Shown here piece after piece: positions 19,240-28,250 of a stretch of DNA of 50,674 nucleotides; position 1 is the stretch's first letter; the number at the start of each line of letters is the position of its first letter. A program made the position numbers and the translations under genes. The notes beneath the pieces were generated by a model. It searched no databases and had not been told where the DNA came from. It saw only the letters and a program-made list of their open reading frames with translations. Location of the stretch: contig JAHFOB010000005.1 of NCBI GenBank assembly GCA_023267045.1, positions 1 to 50,674 of the forward strand, written 5' to 3'. Source of the stretch: Candidatus Zambryskiibacteriota bacterium. GTDB lineage: Bacteria > Patescibacteriota > Minisyncoccia > Phycocordibacterales > DATDWN01.

Positions 19240-20028
19240 ATGAGGCACATTGTAAAGGTTCTGGTTCGGGTTTTCGGACCCAAGTGGGTCATCTGGGCGA
19301 TGACTTTTTTGCTCGGAATGGCTCTCGGCTGTGGTGGCAAGAAAACCGTCAACACGCCGTCTCCGTTCCCGGGAGCGCAGACTTCTCACGTGGCTAAACC
19401 ACCTGTTGCAGAAACTGCCGATCAGAGAATCATTCGGGAGATGAGTGAAAACCAGGCGTTTTTGAAACGCTACGACGAAGCTTCGCCCGATGAGAAGAAA
19501 GTTCTCCTCCAGTGGAAGAGGATCCACGATGAGAACGAGGCAAAGGCCGAGGTCAAGTCGCACAAACTTATAGATGACGCCGAGATGAGAAAGGCTCGGA
19601 AGGTCGTCGAGAAGGACGACAAAATCTTGGCCAAGAGAGCCAAGGTTCACGAACAGGCTATGGCTCTGGCGGCAATCTCTGTGTGTGAGGAGTCGTCTGT
19701 TTGGGTCAATCCCAACGCAGAAGACTTCAAGTACAACAGGGATCGGATTTCATTCACGGTCCATAACGAAAGCGGTGGACCGATTGAAATCAGGACTGGT
19801 CTGCGTGGGATTGGGGTTGCAGTGAAGAATCTCTGCGCTCGCGGTTCCATGGCTTTGTATTTTTCCGGTCAGTATACTCTGCAGGGTCAGAGTGAGAATT
19901 TCACTCTGACTGCGGTGAGTAGTACTACTGGCAAGGTTCTCTCGTCGACGTACGGATTTATCCAGAGCTACTCACAGTCTGGGTATCAGTACGTTCGGCG
20001 GGATAGCCAGGATTGGTACATCAGATGA
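19240..20028 (+). CDS. Hypothetical lipoprotein, higher GC than its neighbours
   Basis: Hydrophobic segment ending in lipobox-like ALGC; has its own promoter, RBS and terminator. Confidence 0.65.
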   Translation: MRHIVKVLVRVFGPKWVIWAMTFLLGMALGCGGKKTVNTPSPFPGAQTSHVAKPPVAETADQRIIREMSENQAFLKRYDEASPDEKKVLLQWKRIHDENEAKAEVKSHKLIDDAEMRKARKVVEKDDKILAKRAKVHEQAMALAAISVCEESSVWVNPNAEDFKYNRDRISFTVHNESGGPIEIRTGLRGIGVAVKNLCARGSMALYFSGQYTLQGQSENFTLTAVSSTTGKVLSSTYGFIQSYSQSGYQYVRRDSQDWYIR

Positions 20029-20040
20029 AGTTCTTTGTTC

Positions 20041-20101
20041 CGCGGTAGCACACTATATAGCAGTGCTACCGCGAGGAGTCGCGAAATTCGCGGCTTTTTT
20101 T
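20041..20101 (+). terminator. Tandem hairpins / intrinsic terminator
   Basis: cgcggtagcac/gtgctaccgcg, then agtcgcgaa-attcgcggct and a T run. Confidence 0.7.
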
Positions 20102-20131
20102 GTAGACAAAATATGGTAGTATTTTTTCAAT

Positions 20132-20608
20132 ATGAGATCTGTAAAATATATAGTCGATAACTTAGATCAGTTTCAAAAAGTCGTCAGAGAAATTGCCTCA
20201 AGTACTATAGAAAGTAAGAGAGGGGCAACTGTTATTGGTCTATATGGAAATCTTGGGGCAGGTAAGACAACTTTTGTCCAAACCTTCGCAAAACATTTTG
20301 GTGTTGAAGAAACAGTTATTAGTCCAACTTTTGTTATTGAAAAAATATACCCCATTAGAACTAACGGTCGCAAGCGACCTACTTCTAACGGGGCAAGTGA
20401 ATTTACACATCTTATTCACATAGACGCCTATCGTTTAGAAAAATCAGAGGAGCTTTTGCATCTTGGCTGGAAAGAAATTATTTCTGATCCAAAAAATATT
20501 ATTCTCATCGAGTGGCCAGAGAGAGTCTCTGACATTATGCCAGAGCATATACAGATCAGATTAAAGGTTTTAGATGATGAAAATTCACGTGAAATAGAAG
20601 TGATATAA
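20132..20608 (+). CDS. tsaE: t6A biosynthesis ATPase TsaE with an in-frame hairpin insertion (20350-20397)
   Basis: GNLGAGKTTF, SPTF, HIDAYRL, IEWPE; extra peptide PIRTNGRKRPTSNGAS. Confidence 0.93.
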   Translation: MRSVKYIVDNLDQFQKVVREIASSTIESKRGATVIGLYGNLGAGKTTFVQTFAKHFGVEETVISPTFVIEKIYPIRTNGRKRPTSNGASEFTHLIHIDAYRLEKSEELLHLGWKEIISDPKNIILIEWPERVSDIMPEHIQIRLKVLDDENSREIEVI

Positions 20609-20615
20609 TTACCAC

Positions 20616-23009
20616 ATGGCTAAATCTAAAGGTAAAAAAACACTGGCACTGCTTGATGTCCATGCCATATTGCACAGGGCATATCACGCTCTGCCAGAAT
20701 TTGAATCAAGTAAAGGCGAACCGACTGGAGCGCTGTACGGTTTGTGTACTATGCTCATAAAACTAGTAAAAGATGTAAAGCCAGACTATATCGTGGCTTG
20801 TTATGATCTGCCCGAGCCAACGATGCGACATGAAGTCTACGCCGACTACAAAGCTGGTCGTAAAAAAATAGATGATGCCCTCATCGCTCAACTTGAACGA
20901 TCAAAAGATGTTTTCAAAGCCTTAAATATTCCGATGTATTCATCTCCAGGTTTTGAAGCGGACGATATGCTCGGCACTATTGTGGAGACGCTGAAAAATA
21001 ATAAAGAGATAGATATCGTAATTGCATCAGGCGATATGGACACCATGCAACTTATTGAAGGTGATAAAGTCCGAGTCTATACTCTCAAAAAAGGAATAAA
21101 AGATACGATTATATATAATGAAAAAGCAGTTTTGGAGAGATTTCATTTTGGTCCGAAACTTTTGCCAGACTATAAAGGGTTGAGAGGGGATCCGTCGGAC
21201 AATATTGTTGGAATCGCAGGAATAGGAGAAAAAACAGCCGAGGAGTTGATTGTTAATTTCGGTTCTATTGAAGATATCTACAAAAAGCTAAAAAAAACAA
21301 CCGGGAATGACCAATTTGAAAAAGCCGGTATAAAGAAAAGAATTGTTGAGTTACTGAAAGCCGGAGAAGAAGAAGCGCTATTTTCAAAAATGTTGGCAAC
21401 AATTCGCAGAGATGTGCCGATTTACTTTAAAATCCCAGAAAAAATCTGGCGGGAAGATATCGACATGAAAAAAGTCCAAGATATTTTCGCCGAGTTTGAG
21501 TTTCGTAGTCTTGGGATAAAAATCGCAGAAGTTTTGTCTCTGGATTTGCCAGAAAGTGTGGGTAAAGAAGAAAGTCCAGAAGATATCGCAGAAGTAGGTC
21601 TAATGCTTTGGGTTGTGGACTCAAATAAAACCAATCCAGATTTGGATGATATTTTGTCATACACTCATAAAAATAGTTTAAAAGAAGCCAGAGAGGTTTT
21701 AGAGAAAATGATAAAAGATCAAAATCTTTCTTTTGTTATGGATGAGATAGAAAGACCACTTATTCCCATAACTGCTAAAATGAAAGAGATCGGAATAAAA
21801 ATAGACGTGGAGCGACTAAAAGTTTTATCAAAAAAATATCATGCGGAACTGGATTTGCTTGAAAAGAAAATTTGGAAAATTGTAGGTGTGGAATTCAATA
21901 TCAGTTCTCCAAAACAACTTGGTGAAATGCTTTTTGTTAAAATGGGACTGAAAACAAAAAATCAGAAAAAGAATGCAAGCGGTGGATTTTCTACCAAAGA
22001 ATCAGAGTTGGAAAAGTTACGCGAAGAGCATCCTATCGCTGGTTTTATACTCGAATATCGCGAGCTATCGAAACTTCTTGGTACATATATTGATACGATT
22101 CCGACTTTAGTTGACGGAAATAACCGTATTCATCCGCAGTTTTTACAAGCGGGCAGTGCTACTGGTAGAATGGCCAGCCAGAATCCAGGTGTTCAAAATA
22201 TTCCCGTCAAAACAGATCTTGGTCGTGAAATTCGCAAGTCGTTTATAGCCGAAAAAGGTTATAAAATCGTCTCGTTCGATTATTCTCAAATGGAGCTTCG
22301 CATCGCCGCCTTTCTCTCTGGCGATAAAAAACTCATAGAAATTTTCAAAAAAGGCCAGGATGTTCACACTGCTGTAGCCTGTGAAGTTTTTGGCGTAAAG
22401 CCTGAAGAAGTGACAAAACAAATGCGTGCCAAAGCAAAAGTTATAAACTTTGGTGTGATGTATGGCATGGGTGTAACGGCGCTTCAGAAAAATATTGGCA
22501 CGAACAGAGAAGAGGCCCAAGAGTTTCTGGACGGATATTTCAACAGATTTGCTGGTTTGGCAGAGTATTTAGAAAAAGTAAAACATGAGACAGCTCAAAA
22601 AGGTTACACAGAGACGTATTTCGGTAGACGCAGATATTTCCCTGATATTCACTCCAAACTTCCTTTTATGAAGGCAAGTGCTGAACGTATGGCTATAAAC
22701 GCTCCGATACAGGGGACAGAAGCTGATATTATAAAAATAGCTATGGTAAAAATAGATAAATTTTTGGCGGGTAGACAACCGCTCCAAGCGAGCAGTGGTC
22801 GTATGACCAATTTGAAAAGTGATGTTCGACTGTTGCTACAAGTTCATGATGAGCTCGTCTATGAAATAAAAGAAAATATAATTTCTTCAGTTTCACCCGA
22901 GATTAAAAAAATGATGGAAGGGGTAATAGATCCAAAGAAAACTCACGGAATAATTTGTGCTACGGATATATCAGTTGGTGACAACTGGGGTGAGCTGCGA
23001 AAGCTGTAA
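20616..23009 (+). CDS. polA: DNA polymerase I (reduced central exonuclease region) with a small in-frame insertion
   Basis: EADD, GDPSDNIVGIAGIGEKTA, TGRMAS, DYSQMELRI, KVINFGVMYGMG, NAPIQG, QVHDEL. Confidence 0.95.
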   Translation: MAKSKGKKTLALLDVHAILHRAYHALPEFESSKGEPTGALYGLCTMLIKLVKDVKPDYIVACYDLPEPTMRHEVYADYKAGRKKIDDALIAQLERSKDVFKALNIPMYSSPGFEADDMLGTIVETLKNNKEIDIVIASGDMDTMQLIEGDKVRVYTLKKGIKDTIIYNEKAVLERFHFGPKLLPDYKGLRGDPSDNIVGIAGIGEKTAEELIVNFGSIEDIYKKLKKTTGNDQFEKAGIKKRIVELLKAGEEEALFSKMLATIRRDVPIYFKIPEKIWREDIDMKKVQDIFAEFEFRSLGIKIAEVLSLDLPESVGKEESPEDIAEVGLMLWVVDSNKTNPDLDDILSYTHKNSLKEAREVLEKMIKDQNLSFVMDEIERPLIPITAKMKEIGIKIDVERLKVLSKKYHAELDLLEKKIWKIVGVEFNISSPKQLGEMLFVKMGLKTKNQKKNASGGFSTKESELEKLREEHPIAGFILEYRELSKLLGTYIDTIPTLVDGNNRIHPQFLQAGSATGRMASQNPGVQNIPVKTDLGREIRKSFIAEKGYKIVSFDYSQMELRIAAFLSGDKKLIEIFKKGQDVHTAVACEVFGVKPEEVTKQMRAKAKVINFGVMYGMGVTALQKNIGTNREEAQEFLDGYFNRFAGLAEYLEKVKHETAQKGYTETYFGRRRYFPDIHSKLPFMKASAERMAINAPIQGTEADIIKIAMVKIDKFLAGRQPLQASSGRMTNLKSDVRLLLQVHDELVYEIKENIISSVSPEIKKMMEGVIDPKKTHGIICATDISVGDNWGELRKL

Positions 23010-23021
23010 GGAGAGCTGCAA

Positions 23022-23202
23022 AATTCCTAATTGACCTAAGTGCTCTAATTTCTAAACAAATCCCAATGTCCAAACCCCAATTTCCAATGAAATGACCTAA
23101 TGGCCTAATTCCCAATTGGACATTTGAGCATTTGGACTTTCATTGGTCATTGTGTCATTGGGGCTTGGTCATTCTTTAGGTTAATTAGTATAATTAGGAA
23201 TT
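23022..23202. repeat. Palindromic array of short CCAAT/ATTGG-type units between polA and holA
   Basis: Ends aattcctaatt...aattaggaatt; internal cccaatg/tccaaac/cccaatt/tccaatg mirrored by cattgg/cattgt/cattgg/cttgg. Confidence 0.65.
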
Positions 23203-23213
23203 AAATAATTTTC

Positions 23214-23927
23214 ATGCTTTACCTAATCCACGGAACAGATACACACAAAGCTCGCAAGAAACTTCACGAGCTTTTAGATATTGCCCAGAAGAAACGTCCG
23301 GGGGCTGAAATATTCAAAATAACTAGTGAGAACTGGAGCGATGCCCAGTTTGATGAATTATTAGTTGCGAGAGGGCTTTTTGAACAAAAATACACCGTTG
23401 TTTTGGACAACATTTTTGAAAAAAAAGATTACAAAGACTATGTTCTGGAAAGACTTGATGGAATGCAAGAGTCCGAACAGATTTTTTTAATGCTCGAATC
23501 ATCAGTTGATAGTCCCAGCTTGAAAAAAATTGAAAAAAACGCTAAACAAGTTCAGGAGTTTGTAAAAGCAGAAAATAAAAAGTTTTTACCTAGTATTTTC
23601 ACCGTTGCCGACGGACTTTTGCAAAAAGACAAAAAAAGTCTCTGGATTTCATACATTGATTTTATTAACAAAGGCACCGCTCCAGAGGAAATTCACGGAA
23701 TATTTTTCTGGCAGGTAAAAAATATGATTTTAACTTCACGAGCGACAAGTAGCAACGATACAGGACTTTCGCCTTTTGTTTACAAAAATGCATTAACTGG
23801 AGCAAGAAAATATAAAACAGAAGAGCTAACAAAAATGTCAGGAGAGCTTATGGATATGACTCACAGGGTGCGACAAGGTGAAGGGGAGATGGAGGTGATG
23901 TTGGAGAAGTGGGTGCTGGGATTGTAA
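23214..23927 (+). CDS. holA: DNA polymerase III delta subunit-like protein
   Basis: MLYLIHGTD start, GLF motif and C-terminal helical LEKWVL; short CPR-type form. Confidence 0.65.
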   Translation: MLYLIHGTDTHKARKKLHELLDIAQKKRPGAEIFKITSENWSDAQFDELLVARGLFEQKYTVVLDNIFEKKDYKDYVLERLDGMQESEQIFLMLESSVDSPSLKKIEKNAKQVQEFVKAENKKFLPSIFTVADGLLQKDKKSLWISYIDFINKGTAPEEIHGIFFWQVKNMILTSRATSSNDTGLSPFVYKNALTGARKYKTEELTKMSGELMDMTHRVRQGEGEMEVMLEKWVLGL

Positions 23928-24016
23928 TTGCGCGTGTCCCAAAAGTAATTTTTTGATAAAAATTCTTTTGGGACAGTCTCGCTTTTGGGTCTGCTCAGCA
24001 GACGACGCGCTCCGAC

Positions 24017-24130
24017 TCGCAGTAGTGCACTTCGGATAATTTGATTTTCGTCAAAATCAAATTTCCTTCGGCCCACGACTCGACTGTTTTTGTTGCTACA
24101 AAAACATGTCTCCGCCGCGCACTAGTGCGA
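24017..24130 (-). other. Structured element, copy A, downstream of tRNA-Lys
   Basis: Closed by tcgcagtagtgc/gcactagtgcga; two internal hairpins homologous to copy B. Confidence 0.6.
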
Positions 24131-24164
24131 AAAATCTCCCAACTGAGGGAGATTTTTTGCCTAG

Positions 24165-24237
24165 TGCGCCCGGTTGGGATCGAACCAACGACCTTGTCCT
24201 TAAAAGGGACCTGCTCTACCGACTGAGCTACGGGCGC
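24165..24237 (-). tRNA. tRNA-Lys(UUU)
   Basis: Cloverleaf gcgcccg...cgggcgc-a, anticodon loop CTTTTAA, T-loop GGTTCGATCC; CCA not encoded. Confidence 0.93.
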
Positions 24238-24284
24238 GTATGCTTTGAGTAATCAAACTGCTTTGATTACTCAAAGACTTACGC

Positions 24285-24373
24285 GAGCCGGAAACATGTT
24301 TTTTCAGTAGAAAAAACAGTTGAGGCAGGGTCGTGGAAGTTTTCTTGTGACGACAAGAAAACTATCCCTGACC
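24285..24373 (+). other. Structured element, copy B, upstream of tRNA-Lys and inverted relative to copy A
   Basis: tgttttttc-agta-gaaaaaaca and agttttcttgt-gacg-acaagaaaact hairpins with conserved linkers. Confidence 0.6.
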
Positions 24374-24442
24374 ATATGCACTTTATTATCCCCGACCATG
24401 ATTACACCCTTGAAATATAACAGAAAAACAGAGAAAGTCCAA

Positions 24443-24826
24443 TTACAACCCCAAGTCAAAAGCTAGAAATCCTGGACCAGTAAAAAGTAATGAGAGAAGA
24501 ATTACCACAATCATTCCGTACAAAATAAAATCTTCTTTGGAAACCCCACCAGATTTTTTCTTTGTCCAGAAATCAAACTTTGTTACGACTATTGCTATTA
24601 TTGCTGAAACTTGAGTATAGAGACCTAACACAAGCAATGCTCCAAAAACAACATACAAAATAGAAACCCACTTGTAAGGTTTTTTATATCTCTCATAACC
24701 GAGATAAATAATCGCCATTCCGACAGTCAGTCTTAATATAAACGGAGCAAGTAGTCCATATGTTAGTAAACCAGGAAATGTAGCTAGCGGATGAAAAAAT
24801 GAAGTAAACATATATAAAGTATACAA
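24443..24826 (-). CDS. DoxX-like membrane protein
   Basis: ILRLTVG, LLVLGLYTQ and LLFTGPGFLAFD motifs. Confidence 0.7.
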   Translation of the reverse strand: MYTLYMFTSFFHPLATFPGLLTYGLLAPFILRLTVGMAIIYLGYERYKKPYKWVSILYVVFGALLVLGLYTQVSAIIAIVVTKFDFWTKKKSGGVSKEDFILYGMIVVILLSLLFTGPGFLAFDLGL

Positions 24827-24875
24827 TTTTTAATTTTTAATTTCAAATTTTTAAACTGGGTGCTATAGTTCAAGA

Positions 24876-25352
24876 ATGAAGAAAAAAGAAGTCGCGGTTT
24901 TACTTCACAATATTCGAAGCACTCATAATGTTGGCTCTATTTTCCGAACAGCTGACGCTTTGGGTGTGTCAAAAATCTATTTGTCTGGGTATACTCCGAC
25001 TCCTGTAGATAAGTTTGGAAAATCGAGAAAAGATATCGCAAAAGTAGCTCTTGGCGCAGAAAAAACTATTTCTTGGGAATATGTTTTGGATCCGCTTAAA
25101 ATAATAAAAAAGCTGAAAAAAGAAAAATATAAAATAGTTTCTCTAGAACAGTCTGACAGGTCAGTGGATTACAAAAAAACCAAAATAAAACCGCCAATAC
25201 TTTTTATTGTTGGCAACGAAGTTGAGGGAATTTCAAAAGAAATATTACAGCAGAGTGATGTTGTGATTGAAATTCCGATGAGAGGAAAGAAGGAATCTCT
25301 CAATGTTTCCGTCGCTTTTGGCGTGGCACTTTTTAGAATTTTAGGAGTTTAG
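24876..25352 (+). CDS. TrmH/SpoU family RNA methyltransferase
   Basis: NIRSTHNVGSIFRTAD, VGNEVEGI, IPMRGKKESLNVSVA. Confidence 0.92.
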   Translation: MKKKEVAVLLHNIRSTHNVGSIFRTADALGVSKIYLSGYTPTPVDKFGKSRKDIAKVALGAEKTISWEYVLDPLKIIKKLKKEKYKIVSLEQSDRSVDYKKTKIKPPILFIVGNEVEGISKEILQQSDVVIEIPMRGKKESLNVSVAFGVALFRILGV

Positions 25353-26236
25353 TAACTCAAACTTGCTACAATTTTACCGAGGTTGTCATACAAAACAATA
25401 TTTTCACGTCTATCTTTCCAAATATGATCAGCGTGTCTTAAGTAGACTCTCCATTCTGGCACATAGAAATCTTTATCATTTTTATGCGTATCGATACATG
25501 AGGCATAATTTATTTTTTTATAAATGAAAGTATTACATTCGTAGGACAAATTTGCGGGGAGGGGATCCGTCTGTATTCTACAGTTTGGGAAAGAATCAAT
25601 ATAGTCAAAACAGGCGTCATTATTTGGGCCATTTGGGATTGATGACAAATTTTCGTTTCTAGGAGAAGGGCATGAGCCACCAATATATGGAACAAATGTT
25701 TGGAATTGTCCCAAATAACCGGAGCATTTGTTTGATCTGAAACTCAAACCAATCGGCGACACTCCTGTGACCACGTACATAGTATCTCCTTTATTCAAAT
25801 AAATATTTTCTTCGCTATTTACCTGCCCACTAAAATAAAGATAATTACCTTTTGGTATTTTCACTAAATTTCCGCTACTCGTGCTTTTTAATGTCCAGCC
25901 GGTAATAGGAATAGATGTTGTGGCCGAGTAGTCCACTCGTAAAGCAACGTATTCTTGGTCTGGGGTGGTTGATCTGTTTATGTAGGCAATGCTAACAAGG
26001 CCGTAATATTGTGATCTAGTTTTTTTATCATTTTCCTCCTGGATTTGTTTTTGAAGAGTGTCTATTTGATATTGAGTTGTGTTTATTTGTTGCTGAATAT
26101 TTGTCTGTTTTTGTTCTGGGGTGGCGTTGCCGGATGACAACAGTCCATTGTTTCCGGAGCCTTTTGATCCACCAAAAAGAGCAATAGATATAATGCCAAG
26201 AAGGACAAGTAGGCCTATTCCATGGTCTTTATTCAT
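25349..26236 (-). CDS. Hypothetical exported Cys-rich protein (lamin-tail-like motif)
   Basis: N-terminal TM, EYV.L...ITGWTLKS, and C-terminal IW......IVLYD..GKIV. Confidence 0.6.
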   Translation of the reverse strand: MNKDHGIGLLVLLGIISIALFGGSKGSGNNGLLSSGNATPEQKQTNIQQQINTTQYQIDTLQKQIQEENDKKTRSQYYGLVSIAYINRSTTPDQEYVALRVDYSATTSIPITGWTLKSTSSGNLVKIPKGNYLYFSGQVNSEENIYLNKGDTMYVVTGVSPIGLSFRSNKCSGYLGQFQTFVPYIGGSCPSPRNENLSSIPNGPNNDACFDYIDSFPNCRIQTDPLPANLSYECNTFIYKKINYASCIDTHKNDKDFYVPEWRVYLRHADHIWKDRRENIVLYDNLGKIVASLSY

Positions 26237-26256
26237 AGATCTATTTTACTACAAAT

Positions 26257-27156
26257 TTATTTTTGGTGCTTACTACAAAAATGCGCGCTTCTACCGCCTA
26301 TAACTTTTCGGAGTATTGTTCCGCCACAGCCTTTTTTTAGGCATTTCTGTTTTGTTCGTCTGTATACTTTGTGTGCATTTTGGAAATTACCTTTTTGTCC
26401 ATAAATATTCCGATAATCTGACATTGAATCTCCCCCCATTTCTATTCCGGACTCAAGTATTTTTTTCATGTTAATCCACATAGTTTTTAGATCTGAGTCA
26501 CTTATTTTTTCAGTTTTTCTTTCAGGATGGATGCTGGATGCCCAAAGTATTTCATCTGAATAAATATTTCCTATTCCCGCTAAAACAGTTTGGTCCATTA
26601 GGACAGTTTTTATTTTCTTACCCTTTTTTGTATTGATTTGTTTTTTGAAAGTATCAAAACTCAAATCTTGCAAGGGTTCTGGACCGAGTGGCTCTAAATC
26701 TACCAAGTCACTTCTTTTTGCTGTTTCAAAAAGTATTACCTTCGCGAATTTACGCATATCTGAAAAGGCCAAGTGTTTTCCGTTTGATAGGGAAAAAGTA
26801 AGATGGATAAACTGATTAAACGGGTCAGATAAAAGTTCCTCGTCACTTTTCCACTTTCCATTTTTAAAGTAATACTTTCCGTACAAGAGGTGGCCAGTCA
26901 TTTTCATATGAATAAGAATAGTTTTTCCTCCTGTGAGATGAATCAGGATATTTTTTCCTCTTCGCTCTGCGCTAAGAAATTTTTCTCCAGAAATTTCTTT
27001 TTTAAAATGATCAAAATACTTTTTGTTTTTAATGCTAATTTTACTTTTACTTGTTGTGCGCAAAAAATAGTCAGACCAAACATTTTTTATAGTTAGTTTT
27101 TGTAAGACTTCGTTCAGTCCTCTTACGGTTGTTGTAACCTCGGGAAGTTCAGGCAT
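26257..27156 (-). CDS. mutM: Formamidopyrimidine-DNA glycosylase
   Basis: MPELPEV start (ATG at 27156), RRGK, HMKMTG, DMRKFA, GIGNIYSDE, C-terminal Zn finger. Confidence 0.95.
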   Translation of the reverse strand: MPELPEVTTTVRGLNEVLQKLTIKNVWSDYFLRTTSKSKISIKNKKYFDHFKKEISGEKFLSAERRGKNILIHLTGGKTILIHMKMTGHLLYGKYYFKNGKWKSDEELLSDPFNQFIHLTFSLSNGKHLAFSDMRKFAKVILFETAKRSDLVDLEPLGPEPLQDLSFDTFKKQINTKKGKKIKTVLMDQTVLAGIGNIYSDEILWASSIHPERKTEKISDSDLKTMWINMKKILESGIEMGGDSMSDYRNIYGQKGNFQNAHKVYRRTKQKCLKKGCGGTILRKVIGGRSAHFCSKHQK

Positions 27157-27167
27157 AAAAGTCAAAT

Positions 27168-27276
27168 AATTTTACAATTTTTAATTTTACAATTTTTAAT
27201 CAATTTGCAATGAATAAATTTTCAAATTGAACCATTGAAAATTCAATGAAAATTGAGAATTGTAAATTGAAAATTT
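27168..27276. repeat. Dispersed ~105-bp AT-rich palindromic element, homologous to 44645-44751
   Basis: Shared block cattgaaaattcaatgaaaattga[g/t]aattgtaaatt and a matching left arm. Confidence 0.75.
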
Positions 27277-27280
27277 GAAA

Positions 27281-27865
27281 CTACGATAGTAACTTTAGTG
27301 CTTTCTTTATTTTCTCACCAGTGTCTTTGGTATCAGAAACTTTTTTCAAAGCTTCACGAACTTCGCGTTCACCATAACCGAGAGATTTCAAAGCTTCTAG
27401 GGCGTCAACATCCCCAGAAACAGAAGCACTCATATCGACAGATAGTCCAACAAGTTTGTCTTTTAATTCAATAACAATTTTTTCAGCATTTTTCTTGCCG
27501 ATGCCCGAGACTTTTGTCAGATGACTCGTGTCTCCAGTTGAAATAGCGTGCCGGAGATTTCCGAGTGTTGCGATTGAAAGTATTGCCAAAGCGGATTTTG
27601 GCCCTATGCCGGAGACAGAAATAAGAAGTTCAAAGAAGTCCAGTTCTTCTTTTGTACCAAAACCATACAGGTCCAAAGCATTTTCACGGACAGCCAAATA
27701 TGTCCAAAACTCTGTCGTAGTCGACGCCTTATATGATTTATCGCCTGCGCTTCGCTTCGGCAAGGAAGTCGTGTTTGTATAAACTTTGTAGCCGACTCCA
27801 GATACATCTAAAATGACAGATTTGATGTCTTGATGTACCAACGTGCCCTTGAGGTGACCAATCAT
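27281..27865 (-). CDS. ruvA: Holliday junction DNA-binding protein RuvA with a small insertion (~27722-27771)
   Basis: MIGHLKG, GVGYKV, LYGF, LISVSGIGPKSA, GIGKKNAEKIVIELKDK, ALKSLGY. Confidence 0.95.
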   Translation of the reverse strand: MIGHLKGTLVHQDIKSVILDVSGVGYKVYTNTTSLPKRSAGDKSYKASTTTEFWTYLAVRENALDLYGFGTKEELDFFELLISVSGIGPKSALAILSIATLGNLRHAISTGDTSHLTKVSGIGKKNAEKIVIELKDKLVGLSVDMSASVSGDVDALEALKSLGYGEREVREALKKVSDTKDTGEKIKKALKLLS

Positions 27866-27895
27866 AGGCACAGTGTACCTTAATTTTTAGAAATG

Positions 27896-27933
27896 AAAAA
27901 GCGCCAATGTAATAATTACAATTTGGCGTTTTT
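27896..27933. terminator. Hairpin with T runs on both strands (probable terminator)
   Basis: aaaaagcgccaa...ttggcgttttt. Confidence 0.6.
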
Positions 27934-27937
27934 CTAT

Positions 27938-28186
27938 CATGCTATGCATGACGAAATTTATTGTTTTGCTCACTATAGTAGTAAAACAATAAATATAACG
28001 AACAGGTCTTACTTTGAGTCGTACTTGCGGAGGAAGTCCAACAGATCTCCGAGAGGAACTTTCACTTCGAGCAGTCTCTCGAGCTCGGATTTCTGCGGGG
28101 TTACAGGGACGATTGCACCGTGACTTCGAAATAACATCTGGCCTCCTATTTGAAAGACTCAAAGAACTACCCTGCATCATAGCATG
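27938..28186 (-). ncRNA. Candidate multi-branched structured ncRNA divergent from rpsT
   Basis: Perfect 9-bp closing helix and several nested helices; minus-strand TAGCAA-17-TATACT promoter just upstream and a terminator downstream. Confidence 0.55.
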
Positions 28187-28250
28187 TCTGTAGTATAAAG
28201 TCAAGAAGAAAAAATTGCTAAAAAATGATTTATCTGTTACTATCTTCTTC

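Noticed and set aside
19174-19650. 158-aa minus-strand ORF
   Set aside because: Antisense to the lipoprotein gene, which has the promoter, RBS and terminator.
28029-28039. Second RNase P RNA suggested by GGAGGAAGTCC
   Set aside because: One A short of the GAGGAAAGTCC motif, no 3' ACAGAA..CGGCTTA partner, and the promoter evidence favours the opposite strand.
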